In this document: positions 26,351 to 39,150 of the stretch, one piece after another
How positions within the stretch are numbered: position 1 is the first letter of the stretch
Layout of the letters: each line of letters opens with the position of its first letter
From: Octopus bimaculoides
Taxonomy: Eukaryota
NCBI RefSeq assembly: GCF_001194135.2
Contig: NC_068981.1
Span: 84,066,108 to 84,130,107 of the forward strand
Length of the DNA stretch: 64,000 nucleotides
Direction: 5' to 3'
Notes under the pieces: model-generated
Seen by the model: only the letters and a program-made list of their open reading frames with translations
What the model was told of the DNA's origin: nothing
The model's database searches: none
Position numbers and translations under genes: made by a program

Positions 26351-27429
26351 TGCTATTCGCCTTAAAAGTAATTGAAGTGATCAACTAATATTTTATTCTT
26401 TGTCTATAGTGATTCCTATTAGTATAGCGTAGCTAAGTGCTATTTTTTAAATCAAGATTGTTCTGCTCTGTTTTCCTCACTGGCTTGGGAATGAAATTTG
26501 CTTAGGGGACGCAAACCTAGCTTCAAAATGTTTAACAAACAAGGCCTCATTGCTTTCTTTGTTTATGCCCATTATTCTTTGAGAAGAAACCTACAGATCG
26601 CTTTCTACGCGCAAAAAATGTAAGTAGGCATGCACATTTTGATTCTGTACTCGCAAACAAGTTTTAAAATGTGAGCTGGCACCCATTGCAACCTCTGTCT
26701 CCGGGCCCATGGTTTTCATCCTCTGTCTTTTACAGCACACACTCTCCTTTCTCTACATACTACGTAGATTGTGCTAGGAGTAAAACATGATTTTAGCGGC
26801 TGCTACGTAGCGCGATTCTGGTCAGTCCATATTAATATTCCCAATAGAATCTGCAATACTATATTTCAAAAATGATTATATAGTTATTGTTTAAGACAAA
26901 CATAACCTCGACGCGATCGGTAAATATACTAGAATCACTTCATGTAAAATACTAGTGATATATGTTAGTATTTTGCACGTGATCCCATATCTTTGCCTTT
27001 AAAATAAGGATTTTTTAATCGCTTAGACATAAAAGGGCGGGTCTGTGACGGATAGAAAAAAGAATATAGACACACTTGATCAGGACCGACCTGCAATTAA
27101 AAATGAACAAAACTGGAATGATATGATGCACAGTGCAAGCCAAATATGTTATATATTTGGACTAGATTTTTTTTTATCAGCTTTGTACACTTCAGTTAAC
27201 ATCATCAGCGTCCACAAAGAATGGTTCTTTCCAGAAAGAACTTCATTACTGAATCATATTTTGAGATCACTTTTAAATTTGTTAGCGCTACAGGGAAAAA
27301 ACCCAGCAAACTATATGAATATACATACATATGCATATATGTGCATGCACATATATTTATATATATATATTCATATATGCATACACATGCATATGATCAT
27401 TATAGACAGACAGACAGACAGATAGATAA

Positions 27430-27486
<57 letters not shown>

Positions 27487-28581
27487 GTGGGAGGGAGAAA
27501 GAAAGAAAGAAAGAAACAAACAAACAAACAAAGGGATAGCTTTCATGCAGTTAGATGACTTCCGGTTAGTCATGGTGTTTAAGACCCTGGTTTTAACATT
27601 AGTGATTATTGATATGTATTTCGAAACTAAGTGCACACAATGAATTCATATTTATACTGAAAGAAATCACATTTACTTTATTGCCCAAGTCAATATAAAT
27701 ATTTCTCCACAGTAAAAAGAATTTTATCTTTTGTGGGGTTTATACCTTCCTTATGCTCCGTCCTTATTCTTCTGGTTCAGAAATATTTTTTTTCTTATTC
27801 AAATCACACACCGCTTTTATTCAGTTTCGTAATTGTTATTCAGCATTTTATCGATCTGAAATTATCACACCTGAATACTAACTAAATACAGGACGCCATT
27901 TTTTTCTTATCATTTTAACCAGTTCCGACTAAGACATATCTAAATATTCTTTACATTTCAGCTGTGATAATGTAAGTAGTTATTGTATGCGATTGCTGAA
28001 ACTTCGCACATGGTTCACTCATGAGAATGTTCCGTGGGAAGAAATCATCAGGCTGTAAAACACAAAATTCATGCAGTCGATTTACTTACTGTAAGTACTC
28101 GGAAGTAAACTCAAATCAATACAATGTTAAACATGCATTAACATCACTTCCAAGTGATTCATTACATTAATCACTATTGCACCTTTTCTCAGTTCATAGT
28201 TATCACAACACTAATACATTATTTTAAACAATAAAACGTTATTAATACTCTATTGTTCATATTCTGTTGTCATTGTGGTTGATATTGATGATGGCGTTGT
28301 TGCTTTGCTTTTTAAGTGCTTCAGACACTTCAACGATTAATCGCGAAGGAAAACAGTGAAGTCAATAACGCAGTGTTGCATACATACACACACACTCACT
28401 CACACACACACATCACACGCACACACACACAGCACACGCACACACACACAACACACGCACACACACACAAACACACACACACATATATATTCGCACTAAT
28501 ACATCTTATATCTATATGTGAGTGTGTATGTTTATGTGTACATACACATATGTATGAATTACATACACACATATATAAGTG

Positions 28582-28646
<65 letters not shown>

Positions 28647-29399
28647 TTGTGTTTGTGTGTGTGTGTGTGTGCGTGTGTGTGTAGAAGTTTGAAAAGGAAC
28701 ACGCGAGTTGATATGTATAAGGAAAATAAGACATGGTAGAAAATACTAAAATAATTTTATAATGAAGAACATTTTAGTACCAGTTTCAGTCTTTACGACT
28801 TTTTCAACGTAGAGTAAAGCATGAAAAACAATTAAATTGTGGAAAAATTAAGTGAAATGTTTTTTTAAAATATTTCCATAGTTTTCATATGCAAGGGACA
28901 TTTTCTGTTTTTTCTGTCTGTCTCTGTCTTACTTTTTTACTCATGTAAGGTCTTGGTAATACGTAGCAGGTAGAAGTAGTAGTCCNNNNNNNNNNNNNNN
29001 NNNNNNNNNNNNNNNNNNNNNNNNNNNNNNNNNNNNNNNNNNNNNNNNNNNNNNNNNNNNNNNNNNNNNNNNNNNNNNNNNNNNNNNNNNNNNNNNNNNN
29101 NNNNNNNNNNNNNNNNNNNNNNNNNNNNNNNNNNNNNNNNNNNNNNNNNNNNNNNNNNNNNNNNNNNNNNNNNNNNNNNNNNNNNNNNNNNNNNNNNNNN
29201 NNNNNNNNNNNNNNNNNNNNNNNNNNNNNNNNNNNNNNNNNNNGAAGAAGAAGAAGAAGAAGAATGCGGGAATGGTATGACAGTAGTAGGATGCTGGTGG
29301 AATACTCTTAAAAAGTCAAGTGACCAAAAATTGACCCGTTGTGGTTGTAATAGTAGCGATGGGATTGTTCTGAATAAATTCATGGGTAGTGATTGTTCT

Positions 29400-29728
29400 G
29401 AATATATCATTTTTAATATTTGCATGGGTAGTATTCTAAGGTGGTCACATTCAAAAGGGGTTTATAATTTGTGATAAAATATGACTCTTTACTAATGCGC
29501 TGACAACAGGTTGCATCGTCCCTGAATTTATAGAGGAGAAAAATTCTGAAGCTGGGTTGTTTGGTATTGGCGCAAATGTCGATGTGTTCGCTGAATACTA
29601 TTTTTCTGTATTCCTGAATTTTAATCTGGGATTTATGTAGAGCTATCCTTTGGCGTAGACTGTTTTGGCTTGGCTTGTGTATTGCTCTCGATACTCAGAG
29701 CAAGTTAATACATATATTAGGTTCTCCG
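29400..29728 (-). pseudogene. Penelope-like GIY-YIG endonuclease segment, inverted relative to the adjacent RT
   Basis: Minus strand reads SENLIYVLTCSEYREQYTSQAK, then after a frameshift NSLRQRIALHKSQIKIQEYRKIVFSEHIDICANTKQPSFRIF; homologous to plus-strand 31384-31635. Confidence 0.8.
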
Positions 29729-29730
29729 AC

Positions 29731-31950
29731 GCACAAGCCAAACTTCAGCAAAAAAGAATGGGTTGAGCGGAACAAATTAAAAGATGATAAAACAATAACA
29801 ATCAAAGACGTTGATAAATGGAGTGCAGTTGTCTTAACGGACACGGTATACTATATAACTCTAGTACAATCTATATTAGAAGACACAACATATTATGAAA
29901 AGTTCCAACACTACAGTCAGCAGAAAATAATGAAAAACCTAAAATCCATGTTAAACCTATACAGAAAATGGCTCACCGACATCGTATTCCTATACGATTA
30001 TATGACCAATTTTAAAAGTAAATCCAGTCAATTCTACGGTATTCCTAACATTCACAAAAGTGAGAAAATAAGTAATGCATGCAGGATAGTCACAGACATA
30101 GTAATTAAGGTCTCTACTCTTAATGACCTTAAATTGAGACCTATAATAGTAGGTCCCGCATGCGAACCCACCGCCTCAGTAACTTTTTTGATACCCTCTT
30201 AAAACCATTCCTCAAGCATATCAAAGGCTCCATAACGGACGACTATATATGCTCAATCACTTCCCTAAAACAATAAACAAAAGCAGTCAACCTCTATCCT
30301 AATATCCCCCACAGCCTAGGAATAGAGGCAATTCAATTCTGGCAAAAGAATTACTCCAACGAACTCCCACATCGCATCAAAATAGATTTCGTAATAGAAG
30401 GGCTAAAGTTCATCTTGGAGAATAACTACTTTGTCTTCAAAGACAACGTGTATCGACAAACATCGGGGACTGCGATGGGTACGAGAATGGCCGTCTCATT
30501 TGCAAACCTAGTCATGGAATATCTAGAAACCAATCTTTATCATAAGGTATTAGAAAAATACGGCAATCCATTCTCCCTCTACAAAGAAAATAACTGGAAG
30601 AGGTACCTGAATACTGTTTCATTCTTTGGCATGAAAGTATAGAGAGACTTAAAGAATTTCGAGCACTTATAAATGGACTTGACGTAAACATTTAATTTAC
30701 GATGGCCATCAGCAACTTCCATTCCTCGACATTCTCATTAAGAAATCTAACAACCCAATAGAAACGGATATATGTTATAAGCCCACGGACTCCAAGCAAT
30801 ATCTGCCATTCAACTCATGCCATCCCAGACACACTAGAATGATTATCCCATTCAACCTAGCAAAAAGGATTTGTACTATAGTTTCTAATACAAGCACCAG
30901 GGACAAACAACTATATGAACTAAAGGATACACTCAGTAACAGGAACTACCCGCCATCATTAATTGATATAGGCTTTCAACGTGTCCTACAACTCAACAAC
31001 CACGAACTCAGGTATCCCAAATTAAAGAAGGATTTACATCCGAAAGCCCTACCGTACATCTCGACACACAACCCTCTTAATAATGAACCCTTCGACACCA
31101 TCCTCCAGAATATTCCTCTACTAAAAAGGAACCACAGAATGAATTTAATCCTCCAAACGCGCACCATCATAAAGAGCAAAAGACAACCCAAATCTCTGAA
31201 AAGTCTCCTAACACAAGCCCAAGTACGCACGACACCACTGAAGCCGTCAGTAAAAAAATGCAGTCCATTTAAAAGTGCTTGAAATTTATAAGTGCCTCTA
31301 TACTTTCATGCCAAAGAATGAAACAGTCATCCAGGTATCTCTTCCAGTTATTCTCTATGTATAGGGAGAATGGGCTGCTGCAAATCCCAGATCAAAATTC
31401 CGAAAACCAGAAAAATAGCATTCAGCCAACACATCGATATTTGCGCCAATAACAAAAATCCAAGTTCCAGAATTTTTCCTCTGTACCAATTCAGAGACGA
31501 TACAACCTGCAGCCAAAGAATTAGTAAAGCGTCTCTCTTTATCACAAAATACAGACCCCTTCTGAACGCATCTACTACAAATGACATATCCAACACGACC
31601 TTAGAATAACACACACGCAAATATTAAAAATGATAAACTTCAAAGAGATACACAAGGAAATATTAAAAAATTAAAAAATATAAAAGAACAACCCCAATCA
31701 CTGCTCACTCGACTAGTTACTATCACACTATCCCGCATATTATATACATGCCATGTTGGACCGCTGAACTCTACACTTTTTTTCTCAGTTTTATTTTTTC
31801 AATCTTTTCCCTCTTATTCCTTTCTTTCGGTGAGCGTAGGCTCGAAGCGTAAAAGACTTTTCCATTTCTCCCGAGCGTCAAACTAATATACCGGCTTGTT
31901 TTTCCTCTACCTGTCTTCGTCATTTGTTTTTCTGTAAATTTGAATCATAT
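29731..31950 (+). mobile_element. Decayed Penelope-like element: RT, thumb, C-terminal part of GIY-YIG, terminal repeat
   Basis: PLE RT motifs in successive frames: TIKDVDKWSAVV, QFYGIPNIHK, LRPII, NNYFVF..YRQTSGTAMGT, WKRYL (YLDD destroyed at about 30604-30614), PFLDILI, YKPTDSKQYLPFNSCHP, IPFNLAKRICTIVS. Multiple frameshifts and stops. 3' repeat gagcgtaggctcgaagcgtaaaagac...tgtaaatttgaa. Confidence 0.92.
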
Positions 31951-32714
31951 GTATGTGTGTATGTGTGTATGCATACATAATCATATATACATACATGAAC
32001 AGAATGAATACATACAACAAATGTATGTATGATGTTGTGTATGTATCTAGATGTTTATGTATGAATAAATATTTTAATGTCTATATATTCCTATACGCTT
32101 TAACTGAGCGTTTTTTTTTACGAGTTTGTTAATATAAATATTCGTTGGGCCGTACGTTATGTTTCGTCCTTCACCATATAATAGCACATAATGAAATATT
32201 ACATATTCATTTTAGAAGCATATGAATAGAATAATTAATTAGCTATTCATTGTATTACAAAAGAAAAATTCATACAAAAGGAGGAAAATATAAAATAATT
32301 GATTTTGTGTGATTGATCGATACAACCGTCGAAATAATTTAGTCAATGTTGGCATCTCCAGACGATGTTTATTTTCTCTTTTTACTGTAAGCTAGCGTCG
32401 AATGTTATCTCTAATCATATGATACGCCAGTAGTCTAACATTTTAGTATTGAATTAACAGATAATCAACAATAAATAATATTTGGCAGCGTTTTATGATT
32501 ATGACTTCTTTAATTCTAATGAAAACACGTTTATCTTAATATTTAATATTACGTGTTATGTTATCAGATTTTGAGTGCTGATGTTCACTAGCAGTATCTG
32601 CGGAAAACCAGCGGTTTTCCTGGAGACTATAACATTGGTGTACGGTTATTGGGAGACATGAAATACATAATATCTTTTGACAAGGTATCTTTTCTAAGGC
32701 GTCTATTAATTGAG

Positions 32715-32942
32715 AAATTATTTCACGTTGCTCCAGTCCACTCAGCTGGCAAAAATGAGCAGTACCTGTGTTTCAAAGGGCCGGCCTTATCACGCTGTGT
32801 CACGCTGAGTCTCCCTGAGAACTACGTTGGGGTTACACGTGTCTGTGGATTACTCAGCCATTTGCACGTTAATTTCACGAGCAAGCTGTTCCGTTGATCT
32901 AATCAGCTGGGACCCTCGTCGTCGTAACCGACGGAGTGCTCC
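32715..32942 (+). mobile_element. SINE family B variant (CORE-like middle), 5'-truncated
   Basis: ccactcagctggcaaaaatgag followed by the shared B 3' module ending cgtcgtaaccgacggagtgc. Confidence 0.8.
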
Positions 32943-33140
32943 TGTTAATTGAGAAGATGTAAATTTAGAAAGATACTGAAGGTGAAGTTTTAAATCGGAC
33001 ATCCTTGAAAACTATACTTTTTCTTATACACCTGTCACATCTTTCACCTTACGATTTGTAATTTATTATCATAAATCTTTACGTCATAAATCTTCAAGTC
33101 ATAAAATAACGGTGTAAAATCGAAAGCAAAAGCTATCCCT

Positions 33141-33352
33141 AATATTCACTTCAGATTTTGGTACAAAGCAAACAATTTTGGATGAGGAGGTAAATCGATT
33201 ACATCGACCTCAGTGTTTAACTTTTTTCAACCCTGAAAGAATCAAATGTAAAGTCGACTTGCGAGGAATTTGAACTTACGCCATAAAGTCGGACGAAATG
33301 CCGCTAAACATTTTGCTCGGCGCTCAATCGATTCTGTCAGCTCACCGCTTTA
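33141..33352 (-). mobile_element. SINE family C
   Basis: Reverse complement aagcggtgagctgacagaatcg...agttcaaattcctcgcaagtcgacttt. Confidence 0.8.
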
Positions 33353-33832
33353 AAACTATCATTAATATTACTTTAGTAGGGAGCGTGTTACTCTGGGCAA
33401 AAAGGATGGTACTAATTCTGTCGGTAGGTTTTGCCGAACTGCTAGGTCACGGGACAACACAACATCAATTGTCTACGTATATGTATATGTGTGTGTATGT
33501 ATGCATGTGTGTGTGCGCGCACCCGCGTATGTATGTATGGATGGATGGATATATACATGGGACGTGCTTAGTAGAAAACACTTGCCCAATATGCCATACA
33601 GCCGCATCTGCACCTATGTACAAGCCTATAAGTACACACACATTTGTGCCTGTATATGTATATATACAAACATGAGCACACACGCACACACACGCACGCA
33701 CACACACACACACATACAAACACACACATACAAACACACACATATGTGTTAAACATGTTGCAGTAAAATTATAGGTGTGGTTCAATTTTTCGTTGTTACA
33801 GATTTCTCCATAATTGCGTTTATATATGTATA

Positions 33833-34065
33833 AAAGGCTGGCAAAAATTCACGTGACACTAAATCGAAACCATTTCATCTCACGATTTATTCATGTTTAA
33901 CAACTGAATGAATTTAATAAAAGCATCTAAATATGAAGCATCATGAAAATTGTTCAAACTGAAGTCCTTTTTGAGCGACACATTTTTCCATTCGCGTCAA
34001 TACAGAATTACAAATAATATTTATGGAGTTTTCATTTACTGTCGGCTGACTTTTGACCAGCCCTG
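33833..34065. mobile_element. Tc1/mariner-type MITE
   Basis: Imperfect TIRs aaaggctggcaaaaattcacgtgaca and tgtcggctgacttttgaccagccctg, TA on both sides. Confidence 0.45.
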
Positions 34066-34096
34066 TATATCTGTGTGTGTGTGTGTGTAAGTACAT

Positions 34097-34234
34097 GCCA
34101 TTTTTGCTAGCTAGAGCAACTTTAAATGAAGTATTTTGCTCATGAATTCAACGCAGCCCCCGGTCCAGGAATCGAAACCACAATTTTTACCATCATGATT
34201 TCGACACCCTTATTACTAAGCCACGCATCTCCAC
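34097..34234 (-). mobile_element. tRNA-derived SINE head (family B variant)
   Basis: Minus strand gtggagatgcgtggcttagtaatagggtg...ggtttcgattcctggaccggg with A/B boxes, then gagcaaaatacttcattt..gttgct as at 32715. Confidence 0.75.
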
Positions 34235-34969
34235 TGCTTGATGTAATACAATTTAGATATATATTAAGATCTGTGCAATTTAATTTATAATACTCCGTTT
34301 TAAGATAGAACTTTTACTCAAAAATCGTTATTAATTGCCTTCGTGCTGATAAATTTAATTAATTTCCACAAAGTCTAGATATGAATCTTTCCTCTCTTTG
34401 TCAGAAGCAATTTAAAAATTTTATTTGGTTGTCTTGCTAGTGTGATATGATACATTTTCAGTAAAGTTTCTTAAGTCTATTTCCGTCTGAAGAGACTGAA
34501 TCTCAATCTCAACTGACTACAATCTCTGAAGCACTGAATCCCGATAGTTTGAAATAAAGAACACATGCGTATGAAAATATATGGATAGTTAAAGTACACG
34601 TATACGTACAGACAGGTCGAACTTAAGTTGAAAGGTACATGACAATATCTCTTGTACACTTAATACTAAGGCTTCATCCCTGGATGATTTATTCGGATAT
34701 CACCACACGTATGAAAAAATAAAATAAGTATAAAGTAAGAGAATATCTAAAGTCCTGATAACAACCAAGTTAAATGAAGCCAGAATGTGTGTTTAATTAG
34801 GACGGTCATTATATGAAATTTGTATAAAACTGGTATTAGCTTTACCATTTCTCTGCATTCGATGGAAAATTAACATTAAAATATCTATATTTAGATGAAT
34901 GCAAGTCAGTCCCACTAAAACACACCCATAACCTATTGTTTGGCCTTTTTAATGAAAATAGTGTATCTG

Positions 34970-35356
34970 TCGTGGAGGCGCAATGGCCCAGTGGTTAGGG
35001 CAGCGGACTCGCGGTCGTAGGATCGCGGTTTCGATTCCCAGACCGGACGTTGTAAGTATTTATTGAGCGAAAACACCTAAAGCTCCACGAGGCTCCGGCA
35101 GGGGATGGTGGCGAACCCTGCTGTACTCTTCCACTACAACTTTCTCTCACTCTTACTTCCTGTTTCTGTTGTGCCTGTAATTCAAAGGGTCAGCCTTGTC
35201 ACACTGTGTCGCGCTGAATCACTCCGAGAACTACGTTAAGGGTACACGTGTCTGTGGAGTGCTCAGCCACTTGCACGTTAATATCACGAGCAGGCTGTTC
35301 CGTTGATAGGATCAACTGGAACCCTGGACGTCGTAAGCGACGGAGTGCCAACAACA
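34970..35356 (+). mobile_element. tRNA-derived SINE family B, full length
   Basis: A box TGGCCCAGTGG, B box GGTTTCGATTCC, body shared with 26-205 and 32765-32942, ending cgacggagtgccaacaaca. Confidence 0.9.
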
Positions 35357-36236
35357 CCAAGTGTATCTGTTATCTTGGACGAAAATATACAGTCTTTGTT
35401 AGTAGTAGGGTTCTATTGTTGTTGTTATTGTTGTTATTGTTAATGTTGTTGTTTAGTTCCACCTTCACCATGTTCGAAAAGTCTTATCATCAAAGTTATT
35501 GCGGATGTGGCCATCCCGTCATTTTATATAATCTTCAATATGTTGTCTGTGACATTCCCATCTAAGGTTAAAATATAGCTTAACTAGCATTATATTAACC
35601 TTTCTTAAGATGGCAATATGTAATTTGAGGAATGTTTTATTGAGATCTCAATCAAATCAAATGGAACCGGGAAGGCTTCCTCGCTGACTTATGAGAATTG
35701 TTCGTTGATGTCTGATATGTATATAACGTTTAACATTGGTTATAAATGGTATGTTTACTGGCAGCCATGTTCACTATATAAAAGTCCAGAATTTCAATTG
35801 TATTCGATTTGAAGAGGCCAATTCAACATAATCAAGCGAAAAGTGTTATAGCCATTTCACTGTGCGAGATATAGTAGGTATAATGGTTTGTATGAATTAG
35901 AAAATATAATTAGATTAACTGAACCAGAGAATAAACTGCTTTACAAGAATCAGGGCAGTGCGGTATTTTACAAAAGTGTTAATTGCGCTTTGAGACAAAC
36001 CGTAAAAAGTAAACATATTTTACGTAGCTAGTCAACGAAGACGCCTCGATTTGCGAAATAAAATAATCGAATGTACCTCAAAGCATAACCTACTGACTTA
36101 CATGAAATATAATTCACTGACAAAAGTGGTTTCTGATATATAAAATGAGAGATGATGAGTCACAAGAGACTACACAAAAACAAGAACAACTATATTTTGC
36201 GATATTTTATGATAAAATTTCTGTAAGAGATTAGTA

Positions 36237-36649
36237 CAGTAACTGTACTAGCAAGTAATGGTTGTCGCCACTTCAACATAGCTGTTCCGTTCGAACGAAC
36301 TTTACTGCATTTTTTTTTAACTCCAAGCGGACATTTTCTCTAGCTGGTTAACAATGTAACCTACATCCGATATATTGCGAAGGGAAGCGAGCTACAGCCA
36401 TTTCTATCAGACGAGGTGTCCAGCAGTGAGGAAAGGCCGAAATTGCACGAAACCAGGCCTGTCTGCTGGTCCCCTCACTAGATGGTGGTAAGGATTCGCT
36501 CCCATGCTCGCAATATATCGGATGCAGGTTGCATCGTTAACCAATTAGAGGCAATGTCCTCTTGGAGATAAAAAAGCGCAGTAACATCCGTTCGAAAGGA
36601 ACAGTCATGCTGAAGCGGAGACAAACATTACTTGCCAGCACAGTTACTG
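36237..36649. mobile_element. 413-bp whole-length imperfect palindrome, pogo/Tigger-like MITE
   Basis: Termini CAGTAACTG...CAGTTACTG (CAGT/ACTG), TA on the left; arms pair along almost the full length (e.g. catccgatatattgcga / tcgcaatatatcggatg) around a centre at about 36440-36455. Confidence 0.75.
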
Positions 36650-38076
36650 CGTCCATCTCTTACAGAGATTTTATTGCTAGCTTCTTTGCTTGTTATACAT
36701 TTTTTTTTTTTTCCTGAAATTTTATAAGGTTTGTTACCTTTATTAATGCATTAAGAACATCTAGAAGAAATGTATAAGACACACCTAAAGAATATATAAA
36801 ATATTATAGCTTCACACGTGTCGAGTTTATAGTTTTTCTCTCCTAATCCTAAACTATTTCTAGTCATGTTAAATTACTAACTTCAAGTATTATACTACAA
36901 CTGCAAGTAACTCAATGTTTTATATTTCTTTTATAGTAAAATAGCAAAACAAGACAAGAAGAAACTACAAACCTCACATATGGTTCTAACTAGAAGAAAG
37001 GCTTATGTTTCAAATAATGGATATACTTGAACTGTTTAGTATTGAAAGAAGGTCTTATTGGTTTACGTAGACAGACATGTATGTCATTTATATTTCAATG
37101 TTAGGCAAAAATCGTGTGTCGTTAATACAATCAAATGTACAACATTCGGCAACAGCACATTTATGTGATGTGTATATGTGCGTTTGTATGTATGTATGTA
37201 AGTATATATTTATGTATGTATGTATGCATGTATGTATATGTGTGTTTCCATGCATATGCATATATACGTATATAGGTGTATATATGTGTGTGTGTTTGCG
37301 TGTGTATACACATACATATATATATATAAATGTGTATGTACTTATTCATACATATATATATCAACATATATGTATTATGTTATGCACACACATACACACA
37401 TATGTATATAATACGTGTATATATATACATATATATATATATATAAATGTGTATGTACTTATACATACACAAATATATCAACACATATGTATTATGGTAT
37501 ACACACACATACACACACATGTATATACATACGTCTATATATATATATATACATCATATATGTATTACACACACACACATATATATAAGTACCAAGCTTA
37601 AGAAAAATATGAATTGGCGGTGCCCCAGCATGGCTGCTGTCCAATAACTGAAACAAGTAAAAGATTAAAAGATATGCATGTATATGTACGCGCTTTAGTA
37701 TTTGTGTGCGTATGTGCGTATGTGCGTATGCGAGCGAGCGTGTGTTTGCATGTGTATGCGTTGCGTAGAAAGGCCTCTAAACCCGTTCGGTAAAAAGAAT
37801 GTGTTGCAATTTTCTTTATAAACAGTTTCAAATTTTACGGAAAAAGAAAAGAATAAAAGCTGAAATACTCAGGTTTTGAAGTCGGAGAGCTTTAGCTTAT
37901 CAATGAAATCAGAGAATAAGTCAACTACAAATCAAACTAAATGAAATTTGTCGTGAGAAAAGATTTTTCGGAAGGGTTTTTAACTACTTAACCAATTATG
38001 GCGTTCCAGATGTAAATTAAATATAATTTTTAAAATTAAGCAAAGACAGAAAAAAAAGAATATTTTATATTTTTAT

Positions 38077-38469
38077 AGGCGCAGGAGAGGCTGTGTAGTA
38101 AGAAGCTTCCTTCCCAACCACACGGTTTCGGGTTCAGTCCCACTACGTGGCCCCTTGCAAAAGTGTCTTCTACTATAGCCTCGGGTCGACCAAAGCCTTG
38201 TGGGTGGATTTTGTAGACGGAAACCGAAAGAAGCCCGTCGCTTATATATATATACATGTACATATTTGTATATGCGTCTGTGTTTGTCCCCCTCACCATC
38301 GCTTGACAACTGATGTTGGTGTGTTTACGTCCCCGTAACTAGCGGTTCGGTAAAAGAGGCCGATAGAATAAGTACTAGGCTTACAAAGTCCTGGCGTCGC
38401 TTTGTTCGACTAAAGGTACTCCAGCATGGCTGCAGTCAAATGACGGATGCAAGGAAAAGAATAAAAGAA
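38077..38469 (+). mobile_element. SINE family A, full length
   Basis: aggcgcaggagaggctgtgtagtaagaag...gggttcagtccc head through gcagtcaaatgac tail; short internal (TA)n. Confidence 0.92.
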
Positions 38470-38646
38470 TTTAATTATTATTTCAGTAGTTAATAACTGA
38501 CCCATTAACCAAACATATATTTTTCCACCCTGAAAGGCTCTGTATTACATACTGTCTCTCAGCTACTATATTGCGATACTCATTAAGGTATATATTTTTT
38601 TAATTCTGTTTAATTGAAATTGTTGCTATAAACTTTGTTTTTTTTT

Positions 38647-39150
38647 TGTCCGTGGACAAGATATCTCAAGAACCGCTGGATGGATTCGGATGAAACTCTC
38701 AGGGATCTTTGGTTGACTGACTGACAGGAACTGATTAGATTTTGATCCGGCACCGAACAAGGATTCTGAATTACTTGTTATATTTACTTTACATGATTGC
38801 GATCTTACGTTAACTTTAAAGTATTTCTCAGTTATCTCCCTTTAGGCTGAAACTTTGGCTTGTAATTAGATAAGGATAAACTATTTATTACTGTTACTAA
38901 ATTTTCTACAGCTACCTTCAAATTCCATGCTACCATTGGTATCGATCAGGTACCACGCAAGGATTCTAGATTATTTTTCCGTCGTGTTTTACTTAATTTT
39001 TGAGAGCGGTCGGATTCATTGTTAGTATTCTCGTTTCTGAGTGCAGTCGAGTTTATTTCAGATATTATCATTTAAAAATCATCTCTGTAATCGTTGAGAG
39101 GACGCTGGTGTTGCCTTGGCGGTGGTTTGAACTCTCTGAGTGCTCTTGTT
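38647..39150 (+). mobile_element. Helentron/DINE-1-like non-autonomous element (HINE type), interrupted
   Basis: gtccgtggacaagatatctcaagaaccgctggatggattcggatgaaact body; duplicated caaggattct motif (38758, 38959); 3' end ccttggcggtgg...actctctgagtgc with a short hairpin and T-rich flank. Family assignment is from recalled structure only. Confidence 0.45.

Noticed and set aside
26528-26625. 30-codon ATG frame ending at a GTAAGT donor
   Set aside because: Peptide not recognised and no linked downstream exon can be shown; such donors arise by chance.
34970-35050. tRNA-like sequences (also 34160-34234, 38077-38140, 51936-52000) as tRNA genes
   Set aside because: Acceptor and anticodon stems do not pair fully and each runs into a repeat body or microsatellite; they are SINE heads.
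36424-36445. cagtgaggaaaggccgaaa as a hammerhead
   Set aside because: Lacks CUGANGA, and no helix I or III can be formed; lies at the centre of a DNA palindrome.
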